A DNA stretch of 60,928 nucleotides, counting the filler, from Sphacelaria rigidula (lineage: Eukaryota), in assembly GCA_964200075.2 (NCBI GenBank). It is 6 parts of 6 records of this genome, joined end to end, with 100 filler letters (N's around TTAATTAATTAA, not from the genome) between each part and the next. Parts side by side here need not be neighbours in the genome. Positions count along the whole stretch, not along the records: positions 20,346 to 30,417 come from CAXNAA020007207.1; positions 30,518 to 40,588 come from CAXNAA020007208.1; 4 more parts are not named here. One strand, written 5' to 3'. The notes beneath the pieces are model-generated. The model worked only from the letters and a program-made list of their open reading frames with translations. It was not told where the DNA came from and did not search any database. Below, in pieces: positions 25,041 to 37,955 of the stretch; the stretch's first letter is position 1, and every line of letters begins with the position of its first letter. A program made the translations under genes and the position numbers.

Positions 25041-26500
25041 TTGATGAGAGGTATAGATACGCCTAAATTCCAAGAATGTAGGCGTGTGAACATTGCGACT
25101 GAGGCGTTACAGGATCCAGCTGGACGAGAAGAGCCTGTGGATCCCTCCGTTGAGCGATTGATGTCGCGTGGTCCAGGGATGAACATGACTCCAGAGGAGG
25201 AGTTGGCAGAGCGCCGTGTTGCATTGGATCATGCAGTACGGGCGACCGTGGATAAGGGTATGTCGGCGAGCGGCGTTTGTAATCTTCGGGAGGTTGTTGG
25301 GATATGACTTTTTGGCGAGCACTGCGCGGTGATCCACCTGCTCGTGTAGAGCCAGTGAAGGTGAGATTCGAACCTGGGGTTAGAGCGGTCAAGGCGAGCC
25401 CGCGGGTGTATTCTCCTGTCAAGACAGCGTGGTTAGCAGAGTGTATGGCGACGCTGGTGGCGCTTGGGCTCGTATTTAGCAGCTTACAGGCAGTGTGGGC
25501 GAGTGCGGCCATGGCGACGCCGAAGAAGGGCGGTTATCGATTGGTGAGTGATAATCGCGCGGTAAACAAGCAGATTGGGAAGGTTCCTAATGTCATGCCT
25601 AACCACGAGGTGGAGATGATCGATCTGCTAGGAGCTGCGCGTTTCGGCAAGATTGATATGCTGTGGGGTTACTGGCAGATGCCGGTGGCGGCTGATGCAC
25701 GAGAAATATTCACGATCGTGACTCCCGAAGGTCTGTTTACCCCCACACTGGTCCCGCAAGGGGTGTTGAATGCGACAGGGTTTTTTGAAGGCATCATGGC
25801 AGGATTATTGGCCGGACTTCAGTGCAAAGTATGGGTGGATGATATCTTGTGGTTGGGTAGAGATGAGGATGATCTGTTGAGTACATTGGACGAGATTCTG
25901 GGCGGTATGGAGGACGCTGGTCCTTTTGCAGCTGCGTACAAGTGCATGTTCTACGACACGCAGATCACGTGGTGCGGAGAGGTCTCATCAGATGGAGAAG
26001 TGGCATGACCGCGAGAGACTGAGCGGGCTGGCCAATCTTCGGCGCCCGCGCACAGCAGGCGAGCTTATACAGTTCCTGGAGGCGGTACACTGGCTGAGAA
26101 CGTCCCTGCGGATATTACTGGAGGAACACATGCAGGAAAACGTGCGCCGTACCAAGCGAGTGGCGTCAGAGCGGAAAATCGAGGAATTGGCATGGACGTC
26201 CAGGCGTGCTCAGGCGTGGCACGAGGCACAAGATCTGTTGGCGCATGCTGTCGCTCTGTCATATCCCAAGCAGGGGTATGAGGTGCTCATGTTCCCAGAA
26301 GCATCGGATATACACCGGGGAAGTTTTCTTAGGCAGGTGCCGGAGAATGAGCTGGGTGGTACTTTGGCGGTGGAAGACATGAGCCATGAGCCGATGGAGT
26401 TTCTTAGCGGAACTTTACGTGGAGCGCAGGTTCGTTGGCTACGGTGTACAAGGAAGGCTATGCAATCGTAAAGTACTTTCCGTAGGTTGGAATATCTTCA
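25041..26500 (+). mobile_element. Ty3/Gypsy pol remnant (RT and RNase H), frameshifted
   Basis: YRLVSDNRAVNK, KIDMLWGYWQMP, VPQGVLNA, WVDDIL (RT); MFPEAS...FLSG (RNase H, DAS degenerate). Confidence 0.93.
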
Positions 26501-27112
26501 TGTACTCGGTATATATGGCTTGAAAAGTGGTTTGCTCATGGGTTGAGTGGCGAAATGAAGCTATGAAGCTTTCACGGAGAAGAGGCGTGCGATGCAGACG
26601 TTTTCACGGGGTTGAAAAAAGAAGAGACGAGCTGCGTTCTGGACGTGTTGGATACTTGTTTGATTTTAGTTTCAGGTATATTGCTTGGCTGTTTCACTCC
26701 GTTGCACAGGTGTTGAACATACGGAAGAGCATTTTATAAGTGGAACGGTATCGAATGCGAGAGAAGAACTGTCACGATGGCTTTAGAATTTGAAGTTCGT
26801 TGACGTTCGACATTTTTTTGCCGGTTTGTAGTCAGGAGACTCTTTTGTGGAATGGGTTTGAGAATTGGGCGTCAGCTATCGCTCCGTGACTCGGAGCGGT
26901 GCAAGTAGCGTGATCGCGTGTTCATGATGGACGTTTTGGATCTCTTGCGAGTTGTTCGGAATTTGGACAAGCTTGTATGGCTGTTATCGTATTCTGCGGT
27001 GGGTATTGCCACTCTATGTGAAAATTGACGGTAGACTTCGGCAACAATGATGTCTGAGTTTATCAAGCTCTAGGTTGACTACTTGTTGGTGGTAAGCGAG
27101 CTTCGGGCGTGC

Positions 27113-27379
27113 TGTAGACTCCGGGCAATATTGTTACCGTGGTTAGGTACATGACAGCAGTGGAGATGCATAGCAGCTGGTTGATGGATGACGGGTCTAC
27201 GAGTATGATCGGTGGACTCCGTGATGTAGTTCGCATACGAAGTGTGCGTTTCACTTTCGGTTTTGATGAAGACTGCTGCTCGTATAACTGCTTGAGTATT
27301 GAAGTCTCTGGAGCCCGTGACAGAGGGGAAGCCTCTGGAGCAGCACTGTGACCTAGTTCTGATTTTAGACAAGCCTACA
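27113..27379 (+). mobile_element. Complete LTR (267 nt)
   Basis: TGTAGAC...GCCTACA termini; homologous to 28084-28368 (-), 21529-21690 (-) and 22125-22250. Confidence 0.85.
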
Positions 27380-28083
27380 AGTCTTGTGACCTTGTTCTGA
27401 GTCCAGGAGGGTTTTACAGAACTCTGCTTGGTACAGCAGCAGTGTCGCAAGCGGTGCAGTGTGCAGGAGAAGATTAGTGCCATACCGTACACAACAAACT
27501 CACGTGACATTCAGTAGTGCAGTAGCAATCGTCTCGGTACACAGAACACGACAGAGTTTGCAATCGGTGGCGGGTACGACGAGCATGAAATAATACGAGC
27601 AGGCAATTCACCCAACAGGGAAGAAGACATCGTGCTATGATACAGTTTATCGCTACCGGCGAAAAATCACTGTACTGTTTGTACTTTCTGTCCCTAGTCC
27701 TACGGTCATGAAGAAGATGCACGGACTGCAGCTACGCTGTTGCCACGGTTCTGCACATGCAATATTCACAGCTTCTTTTGCACTGACTGTACTACACTCG
27801 TGTGCGAGGAGGGTGTGATGGAGCACTTACCGTACCATTGCGGGTGCGGTGGGCGATGAGAGTCTGATGGAAGGTCGATTCCCCCACACATAAAAGTCTC
27901 TGGAAACCGGATGCTTTTCCTAAAGAGATTTGGAAAGTTTGCGCTGTTTAGGACCGGCTGTCAGTTTTCAGAGAGTATTCCATGAAAAATGGCCCTATAA
28001 GGTCGCGTCCTAGGACAAGTCCATGGAAACTGATCAAAACCCGAATTCAGAAACCGACAAGATTTCTGAATGGACGATCATTA

Positions 28084-30295
28084 TTGACTTGTTTGGAATC
28101 AGAACAAGGTCACAGTGCTGCTCCAGAGGCTTCCTCACTGTCAAGGGCTCCAGAGACTTCAAGACTCAAGTAGTTACACAAACAGCATATCTTAGTTAAC
28201 CAGAAGTGACCCGCGCACCTCGTATTGCATACATCATACACTATGGAGTCCACCGATCATACTCTCAGACCCGTTATCCATCAAGCATCCTCGGAACGCC
28301 TGCTATATGCATTTTCTCGACTGCAGTCATGTACCGAATCGAGGTAAAAATATTACCCGTAATTTACAATACGACCACCCCCAACACTACGCAGCGTTGA
28401 CGTCGCTGCACGAACTATGACCGCTAGTAGCATCACAAGCTTGAAGCTCGTTCTGCCTACCCGCTTCACGCGGGTCACACACCCCTGCTCGTTCGAGCAT
28501 GCACGACGTGTCCACAGCTACACGCTGCTCCGGCGGCAACTCCGCCGACTGGGTATCCAGCTCTCCTTCAAGCAAACACCCCTGCAAATCATCTGAACCA
28601 TCGCCCGCCATATCGTTAGCGCAGACAGATTTGCTAGGAGCATGGTGAGTCCCGAGCTCGCTCTAGTCGTCTGCATGACGCGAATAACAGCCCCCCACAG
28701 CGTCGAGCATGCAGGGCGTGTCCTCAGCTCCACGCTGGCCATCGAACACAAGTCTATCGCGCGGATCTGAATCCTTCAACTTGGGATCCACCTCTCCTTA
28801 AAGCAGAGATTCCTGCGGAGTAGTACTTGCTCCCGCCGTGGGATCGCATCGCACCTATGACGACCTCGGCCCAAACAGCGCCAACAGCCTCGGGGCACTG
28901 CATTTTTGTTGGTCGCGCTGTTTTGTTTACGCGTGTCATCATCGGCTGCTGTAGCCGCGGCGCGCCGGGCAGCCGCTAACGACAGATTTTGTGTGCTGGG
29001 ATCAGGTTTGTGAGGCTTTTTCTAGCAAGAAGCGTCACTACCCGCTGCGGCGACCGTAGCCGCGGCGCGCCAGTCAGCCCGTGATTATAGCTCCTGTGTG
29101 CTTGGCACAATTCCGTGCTTGATCCTGAGCCTTGTCAAATCGAAACGTTTCACCTGCTTTCCAAGCATAGAAACAGCAACTCTGCCCGTACACCAAGACG
29201 AGTCTTGTCACCACACCATGGTGACCACAGCACCTCTGTTCAAGTAGTTCTCACCACGTTTTAAAGTCCTTCGTAGACGACTTGCTTGATGCCATCTTTC
29301 CAACAGCCTCCTGTCACCGCAGTCGCCTCGAATTCGTGCACCACCTACTGCACGTTCGGCAAGCGCACGGTCGTGCCTGACCAGTCCGGCAGACACATGC
29401 TTCTCGGCTTTCACAGTGCATGCAAGAGCGCTCCCATGGCTGTCCCCTTTGACAGACACGTGCTGTGTGACACGTGCGCGCTTCACAGTGCCAGGCACCC
29501 TACCGGATGAGCATGCTTGCGCAACGCGAAAAGCAGCTGCTCGTGCCCAACATCGTAAGCATGCTTCAAGAACGTGTCACACAGACATATCGCACTATGT
29601 TTCGGCATGAGGGCAGAAACTGCTGTCACTTCAAAGAGGTTTGTCCACCGCGCGTTCACCTGATGTACATCTCGCACATATTTCTCGTATTTCCGTAAAG
29701 ACTCGGCTGATTCTCGCTCGAAAACTGCGGCCGTAGTACGGCACCTGCAGCGCCAGCACAGGAATGACACGACCATCGACGATGCCATATCGCTGCGCCT
29801 CATGATTTTGAACAGTAGAACAGGCTTGCTACTGCCTCCACGCTTTTCATCAAGCGTCGAGCCACCAAGACATGTATTCGTAGTGGACAATCACAAAGCA
29901 GCACTTCAACAGCTCAACAGCGGTTCCAGAAAAACCGGCCTTATTTCTCAATCACAGAAACAACAACTTTCCATACACCAAGATGCGCTTCGCTACCAGA
30001 CGACAATGGCCACAGCGCCTCTTCCTCACGCAGGTTTCACCACGTTTTTGAAGACCACCGAACCCTCTTCTTGAACGCGGCTGACCATTCTTGAGCCAGC
30101 CCTCTCGCAATTCTCCCGTGTCAAAAAGTCACTGCGCCGCGATTTTTTGGCAGACTCTCCGAGCAACCCAGCTGGATCAACCGATACCAAAGAGGACCCT
30201 AGCACTACCTCAAATCCTCCTCGGCTCTACTCCTACCATCCTCCTGTGCGCTGCCATCCTTCCAATAGGCTTCTGTGCTTCAGTTGCCTTGGCTA
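28084..30295 (-). mobile_element. Internally deleted Gypsy-like element, copy B: truncated gag, repeat unit, 3' LTR 28084-28368
   Basis: LRKYEKYVRDVHQVNARWTNLFEVTAVSALMPKHSAICLCDTFLKHAYDVGHEQLLFALRKHA. Minus-strand LTR starts TGTAAAT at 28368 after a G-rich PPT-like tract. Confidence 0.7.
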
Positions 30296-30417
30296 ATGAC
30301 ACTTTCTACGATAGCCCCCCCCCAAAACCAGCTGAAAGTGTCACTAAAAAAACGGCCATACAGCGCCTGATGTTCGGGTTCAGACTGCATGAAGTGCCTC
30401 ATATTGGCGCCATTGAC
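30296..30417 (+). mobile_element. Fragment of the Harbinger-type MITE family
   Basis: Near-identical to 14756-14827. Confidence 0.8.
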
Positions 30418-30517
30418 NNNNNNNNNNNNNNNNNNNNNNNNNNNNNNNNNNNNNNNNNNNNTTAATTAATTAANNNNNNNNNNNNNNNNNNNNNNNNNNN
30501 NNNNNNNNNNNNNNNNN
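30418..30517. other. Artificial contig-joining spacer
   Basis: N44-TTAATTAATTAA-N44. Confidence 0.99.
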
Positions 30518-31617
30518 CGCCAACCCAAGAGTCTAGTGGGGGGGCGAGGGGAGGGGGGGGGGGGGAGGGGTACCGTATTCGAGGAGGGGGGGCGCCACCC
30601 TGATCGATGAATGATTGCGATAGTAGTTGTTGTACTGCACCGCACGTGCATGTCTGCAGCGTTTGCCTGCGCAGGGTATACCGAAACGGTAGGTGGTAGG
30701 GGTACGTCGAAGCAAGTAGAGAAGAACATGTCCGTAAAGGCAAGGAGTGGCAAGCAAGCGAGGCGGCGAATCGGGTGATCTTCCCCGTACAGCACCATTA
30801 TTGACAGATATGGCTTTGCAATTTGTTGGCAATCAACCGGCCCAACACACATACATACTGTGCAGACAGTACAGATCAGCACCGCACTGTCTGTACTGCC
30901 TGTACTGCCTGTACTGCCTGTATTTTGAATACAACTAACAAGTATGGCTTGATGTAGATTTCCTTTGGGAACTGCCACTACCTCAGTGTTGGATACTCCT
31001 TTTGGCCACACCACGTCCATAACATTTCTCCGAACACACCGACCACGGAAATATCACGTACAGATGCTCGTCGCTCATGTGCGTTAGTTACAGCGCTAGT
31101 CCTTATTGCTAATATATACAGGGACTCTTTGTTTGGAAAAAATCCATGCTGTATTTGAGAAATACCGACTGCGTTTACAGACGAAAATCTTCCGCATTCG
31201 GACAGCGGTCTCACGAAATGTATAGCTACGCAGACAGCATGTGTACTGTATAGAAATGTGTATGCATACGGTGTGAGGGCTGATATAGGACCTGCGCACA
31301 GGGTGTCCAGGGTGATGGTCCTACGTTCGAACTGCGTACGGTTTTCACAGTTTCGCTGCCCTGTAGACTGTAGAAATTGACTCACGGCACAAGAGCCGGT
31401 GCAGGACTTTGCGGGGTCCATACAGGAGCGGGGTCCTGTGCACAGAAGCCACCCGGAAATTAAAACCCGGTGCAGGCTTGCCACGAGAAGCACCCAGGGC
31501 TGAAACGCCTGCCACAAGGCTGTATTTGGCCTGTCACAGTTCGCGACACTGCAAGGCTATACAGGGCTCTGCAGATCACCCACAGGGGAGACCTTTGCCC
31601 ACGTGTGTTGTGTGTGT

Positions 31618-32203
31618 TGTACAAACTACAAACCCGCCCGCGCGCAACGGTGGAAAGAAGGATCCACCCCAAACGGAAATCTGGAGCCCACGCAGCAGAT
31701 TTGAACGAGCAGTTTTGCAGCGAAAATGTGGCGGGCGGGGGGGTTGGCGGGGGGGTGGGGGGGGGGGGCTGCTTGGACTAACGACCACTTCCACACCCGC
31801 CGCATTTCTCAACCTGCGTGCAGATCTTTTTTGCGTAGTTTGAAAGTTGGAGACACATTCCTTCTTTTCGTCGGAAACACGTTGATTTGTGGAATGTCTG
31901 TTGAGAACGAATTGGTCGGAAAAACATTGATATCTGTGGAATCCGCGCACTTAACCGCAGGGTTATGCAAGACGGGAAGCTTTGTCGTTTATTGTTGCAC
32001 GCACGCGCTGCCTTCCATCGAATACTGGACTGATTTCCGTCAAACAAAGGCTGTCGTGTGCGGATGATGAGGTATCGCTTGAACGATGCGCCACTTGTAC
32101 AAACTACAAACCCGCCCGCGCGCAACGGTGGAAAGAAGGATCCACCCCAACCTGAAATCTGAAGCCCACGCAGCAGATTTGAACGACGAGCAGTTTTGCA
32201 GCG
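31618..32203. repeat. ~105-nt direct repeat pair (31618-31722, 32096-32203)
   Basis: 'tgtacaaactacaaacccgcccgcgcgcaacggtggaaagaaggatccaccccaa...gcagttttgcagcg' occurs twice. Confidence 0.9.
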
Positions 32204-34199
32204 CCTCTACTGTCCATAAGCGCTCACACCACTTCTTCTGTGCTTACGGGAACATCGCGTGCAGCACTACAACTGATCAGGCACTCTCCAGCGCACATCA
32301 CACCATGTTCGTCGTAGAGTGTTCAAATGCACAACAGCACAGCAACAACTACAGCATATAAATAATGGGTGTGGGAAGCGCCCCGTTTGAAATCAGCCGA
32401 AGAACTAAATCATGGGACATGTCTTGGCTAATTGTACTGCAGCACAAATACACTCACCTCCGCTCTCATGTGCTGTAGCTATCACTGTTCTGGGGTGTGT
32501 TTAGACCTTGCGAAGACGGTTTGGTCTCAACTGAGATTGCTCGATGTGCTGTATTGTTGTGTTCGTCTCTCTGAAACATATAGTATCAGTCAGGATGCAG
32601 TGCTGTCCACATACCTGACTGTTGAAAATTTCATGTCACCCGGACCCACTACTTGCGCGATACCGAACACGGCTGGGTAAAGGCACACAACCAGCACCAG
32701 TATACACCGCTCGACCGGCTGGGCCAGACCCCATGCTCCAATGAAGGGAGCGACGCACAGCACAGTGCGGATATACTGCACCGCCAGGGTACTGCTTGCA
32801 CCGGTCAGCATGACGGCTGCTGCCGTTGGCATCAGCGCCAGCGCTCGCAGCCACGGCAATATTAATTTTGCAACAAAAAAAGCTGATGATGCATACTGCA
32901 TACAGTCCGTCTTCAGGTTCTAAAACTAGAAAAAACACTGCAGAACTGCCGTGTTGTTTTGTGTTCAGTGTAGTACTCTGCACTCCATATACCACTGTAG
33001 AGTTGTCTTGTCTTCAGTGTATTACCCTGTACTCCATATAATGGCGTCATATTTTGAGCAGTTTTTCGAAAAGTTCTCCTTGTTTTTTAAGAATTTCGAA
33101 AAAAACGCGAGTGTTTTCTGTCGCAGAAATCTAATAATGCCGAATCTGGAATAGCCCGAGACAACAACCAATTTCAAAATTGGAATATTCTCACTCAAGA
33201 TTCCGATTTGAAGCGTTACACTAGGCAGGCAGCAGCAACTGCTGTGTGTCCAGGTGCCCTGTTTGGCCGCAGTGGGGGTCCAAGAAGTACACGCGGCGAT
33301 CACTGTCGTTGTAGAGATCGGCAGCCGGAACTCACCCTGTCATCCTTGTACATGGGCACCACGTAAAAGTTGCAAACTGCTGTTTCTCGGGCAGACAGGA
33401 AACAGCGTCAACCGTCAAGCAGCTGCACGCTGGGCGTCCAAATTCTCCCTCAAGCCTTCGATTTTGAGCATGATACTAGGTAGGCAGCAGCAACTGCTAT
33501 GTGTCCAGGTGCCCCTTGGAGCAAGATGCGTTTGGTTTCTGTTTGACAAAGTTTTCCCTAAAGAATCAAAACCAATCAGGGGTTTTAGAGTCGAAAAATG
33601 TAGCAAAAAACGAGTCGCAAACATCGAGTCACAAAAATCGAGTCGCAAAAATCAAGTCACAAAAAACAAGTCGCAAAAATCAAGGCGCAAAACACCGGTT
33701 GGTCGATTTTTCGACACGGACGGAAACCGATTCACGTCATGAAATGGGAATATTGTCCAGGTGAAGAAATATATGCAAAGTTGGTCTCATACTGAATACT
33801 CTGTTGCCTCCGTAACAACGGCTCTATGGTTTCGTGTGTGCAAACATACGCCCGCGAGCGGGTCCGCGGGAGCATGAGATACCGCTCACCCAAAGCTCTC
33901 ACGACGTGATGTGGTGCCCATCGTTTCCATGCTCCAGCCAACGCGTCCGGCGACTTCATTTTCGTTCGAGTATTTTCGCGTACTTCAACCGCCCGACGAC
34001 TACGGCAAACAACCTCGATTCGACTCACACGCATAACTTTCGTACCCGTACGTGTGACACTGCACATTTTCCGAGCCACCGGGAGCCACCGCTCGGCCCA
34101 GAGCTAGAACAAGAAACCTTCAGCCACACGTTGACACCCTTCCCAGCCCAGCCTACGCACAAAACCCACGCCAACATGCCTACACAACGAAGCGCTTTA

Positions 34200-34290
34200 A
34201 ATATATGTATGTATGTATGTATGTATGCATGCATGCATGTATGTATGCATGTATGTATGTATGTATGTATATATATATATATATATATAT
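34200..34290. repeat. (ATGT)n/(AT)n microsatellite
   Basis: Directly visible. Confidence 0.95.
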
Positions 34291-36984
34291 CCACACGTGT
34301 GAAGATATTTGCAACCTACCAACATTCTCGTTCTCACGGTATAACGGGGACAAGACCTCGCACAAACTCCGTGCCGAAAACAAAAATGCGCCGCGCTCGC
34401 AGAAGCGGCATGTACGGATAGCACACCATGCCATGAGCATCGATTTCTTGATCTACAAGCACTCGGAGTCTACCAGCACTGCAACATTGCAGGAGCCACG
34501 CGTATAAAACAAAATACCCTGCACCTATCGTAGGTGGGCTTTTGTGGGCTTCCCGAGATATACACTTTCACAGCATACGCACATACTCAACCGGGGGTGT
34601 CAGGGATCATGGACAACTACTGCTCGAATAACACGTGTTTACAGGACACAAAACGCATGGAGGTAAGGAACACACATGCACAAGGCACAGCATGCGCCTA
34701 CACTACTCTATCTACTCTAATACCGGCGAAAAGAGCACCAGCCCCGCGACAACAGCCACGTGAATGCAAAGGCAGGCAGCGAAGGCGTAGAAAAACTTGA
34801 TGTTGTTCTCTCCGATACACTGGCCGTCGGAGAACGCCCAACGACAGGTCACGTAACAATGCACGACACACAACACACAACAGCAGAACACGTAACAACA
34901 GGACACGTAATGACAGCGCACGCGACAGAGACGACAGGCGGCAAGGAGTCAAGGTTTTTGACGGTACCGTACGAAGTATGCGACATGATTTCTTCCAACA
35001 CCGCGACAGCGATGAAGAGACGGCATCAATTTTTGGCTTGCAAAGCAATGTGGCAGTTACAACCTTGGTGGAAATGCGATGGAACTTGTGACCAACGCCG
35101 AAACGTGAGTGAATAAACGAAAATGGTTTTTACCCGAAAACGGGGGTCTTCGTTTTGAGTTTTACACCATGTGTTCGTCAAACTATCTTGTTTTCGTTTT
35201 CTTCTCGTCCTATTTATTACGTTCTCTGATTTTTTCCCTCTTGTTTTCTATTCTGAGTCTACTTCGCCTGCTTCGCCATTCTGCGTCCTTCACTTTTTCA
35301 GCGAGTGCTTCCTTTTTTCATCTCGAGTGCGTCGATCATGTGAGCACAGCTAGGTCCCTGGGGGGGGGGGGAAGGTCAGCTAAAGGACGACAATCAAATT
35401 GATCAAAACCAAATAAAAAATCCACCACACACCGAATCATAAACGGGGAAAGGTCCGATGGAGTGAGGGGTTCAGTGTGCCTGCTGCCTTGCCTGTCTTC
35501 GCCTGTTCTGTGGGGCGCGCTTCCCCTGGGTGGTCAAAAGTGCTGTGTAAGCGCATGTGTTTCGCAGCATTTTCGTCGGTAGGCTGACAATAGAAACAGC
35601 GTGGCAATATTCGCCGGCTGCCTTACTCTTGGGTCGGAAGAAGACGACTTGTTAACCGAGCATTGATACGAAGCCGTCACAACATAGCAGGACAATATGC
35701 CCGTTGGATTTTTTATTAATTCATCGTTGCACGTTAACTGATCCCCGAGGGATTCAGCCGTGGTCACATGGTAGACGTACCCAAGACGAAAAACAAAAAA
35801 CGGGAGCACTCGCTGAAAATATATTAAAGAAAAAAAACGGACAAGGGTAGAACAGATTAACAGGGTAGACCAAGAAAGAGAAAAAAAAAAACGAAAAAAA
35901 ACGAAAAGGGTATCGAATCTCCAGGATCAGCACATGTACAGGATGCGAGCTGGGTTGTAGGTGCCCTCCTCAGACACGTGATCCCGTAGGACTGCCCTGT
36001 ACCGACCAGACTGGAAATGGAGGTATAGCGAGTTCAGGACGGTACACTAAAAACCATAGGAAGTTACACCGGCAGATCGTCACCGTTGCCGCTTTCGCCT
36101 CCGGGCTGATCACGGCATTATCGTCTGAGTTGTTTTGGCATACTTGCCTTCCGCTTAGTCGGGAAGGGTCCATATTCCCACGAGATTAACCCGCCTATCT
36201 CTAGGTAAATTCCCGATTGTTTAAATAATCGATTTTTTATTGTCGCACACTAACTGATCCCCTAGAGGGAGACCCAGCCATGATTGGTCATTATCCACAC
36301 GATAGACGTACCCAAGGTAAGAAAATAAAATATAAATCCAGGGGAACGCCCGTCAGCTGGGTACTGAGCGGTGGATCAGCTCTCCCGCGCAGCCCGTCGG
36401 CTGTCGTCATACTTGTACACGACGTCCAGTACGTCCCCACAGTTTCAACCATGGAATACAGACTTTGCGTAAATAAGCCGAACCTGTCGGAGTTCGACCC
36501 CCCATAGACCCCACCCGAATTGATATGTTAGTGTACCAGTCTGACTACGAAGGTTCCGTCTGCATGTACCAATAGAATGGTCGGTTCCCCCATACGGAGC
36601 TACAAGCTGCTGAGCCATATACTATCGGGCGAGAAGGAAACAATTCCGGAAATTATCCGTAATCCATCACACATAGTGGAATGGTGAGCAGTACATGACT
36701 CGCATCGGGTTCATTGCTACCGCGAAGTCCCGCTGAATCGGGGTGCATTGGCCCCTACATGGTAAATGAACCAGAAAAAACTCTATCTCTTGATACATTT
36801 CTCGAAAAAAAAAGAAAAAAAAAAAAGTACAGTTTCGTTTCCTGTGGTTTATCCGGGTTTTTTTCGGGCTATTCTCTAGCTCAGTGGGTCCCAACACTCG
36901 CGGAGGGAGAGAACAACTCGTGACCGTCATCCGCCTATAAATACCTATTTGACTAATAACGCAAGACTTTCATGCGTGGGAGAA

Positions 36985-37210
36985 AGGAGGGGAGGGGAGG
37001 AGGGGGGGGGTAGGTACTCATGATCTTACATGCCATAGCCATATGACAATTGACCTTGCATCTGTACAAAGCCGGGACGAAGCACGCCGGATTGTCGCCG
37101 GAACGGGATCGACCAGGCTCGGAGAGGGAGGGGGGGGGTACATATTTGTTGTTTGCCTCAGTCGTTTGACTATTGACCACGTATCCCTTTCGAGAAGGAG
37201 GGAGGAGGGG
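36985..37210 (+). repeat. G-run dispersed repeat copy
   Basis: 'gtactcatgatc.tacatgccatag...ttgacct.gcatc...aaagccgggacg' followed by 'atttgttgtttgcctcagtcgtttgac'. Confidence 0.85.
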
Positions 37211-37955
37211 AGCGAACAACAAATGAAAAGCTGCGAAAGCTGCAGATCGATTTGATTGTCACTCACGTTCATTTGCACCCGCGTTTGTTGGACGGCTTGC
37301 GATAATGTGTGAGAAACAGGCACATCCTGATCGTTACATACCCCTGTAGTAGATACGGCGGGTCTGTTAGACCAGAAATTCAAGAGCGGGTACTTTGTGC
37401 GCCACTTCGTGCAAGCGCGCCTAAAGCGAAGCAGTGCTGCGTTGGTGCTGACCGACTTCTTCAGGGTCAAAGTGTCCGCGCACGACATGGTGGCTGGGAC
37501 AATTACTATTTGTTAAATCAGTCGCACGTATGATAGGAGAGCAAAAGCGTCTGCTTGATTCATGCGTATAAATGGCAGGTGAGGAAATATGTACACTTGA
37601 TTCACGCCAGGTAAATGAAAGGCGGCAAAACAAATGTACGTATGATTCATCGCGCATTAAGCAATGCTGGGAAGCATGTCCGTTTGAGCCATCCTGCACA
37701 AAACATAAGCAGAGCAACACCTACGCGTGATTCGTGGCGTATGAACGACAGATGGGAGACATGTGTTCTCGACACGGTGTACGGCATGCCAAGCGAGCGG
37801 TAACCGTGTACGTTTCGAGTAAGGCCAGCAAATCACACGTCCGAAACATGTACGAGTTCACGCATCACAACTTTAGGACGAACCGCATGATTGATTCGTG
37901 CAAAATATGAATACCAGCGAATCATGATTCCATTCGTTTGACGAATGCAAGCTTG

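Noticed and set aside
27855..27910. Hammerhead-like CTGATG...GAAA core
   Set aside because: The core is not CUGANGA and the flanking stems do not pair convincingly.
32590..32901. Hydrophobic minus-strand ORF with a good donor (cag|gtatgt)
   Set aside because: No suitable acceptor, no recognisable family and no partner exons.
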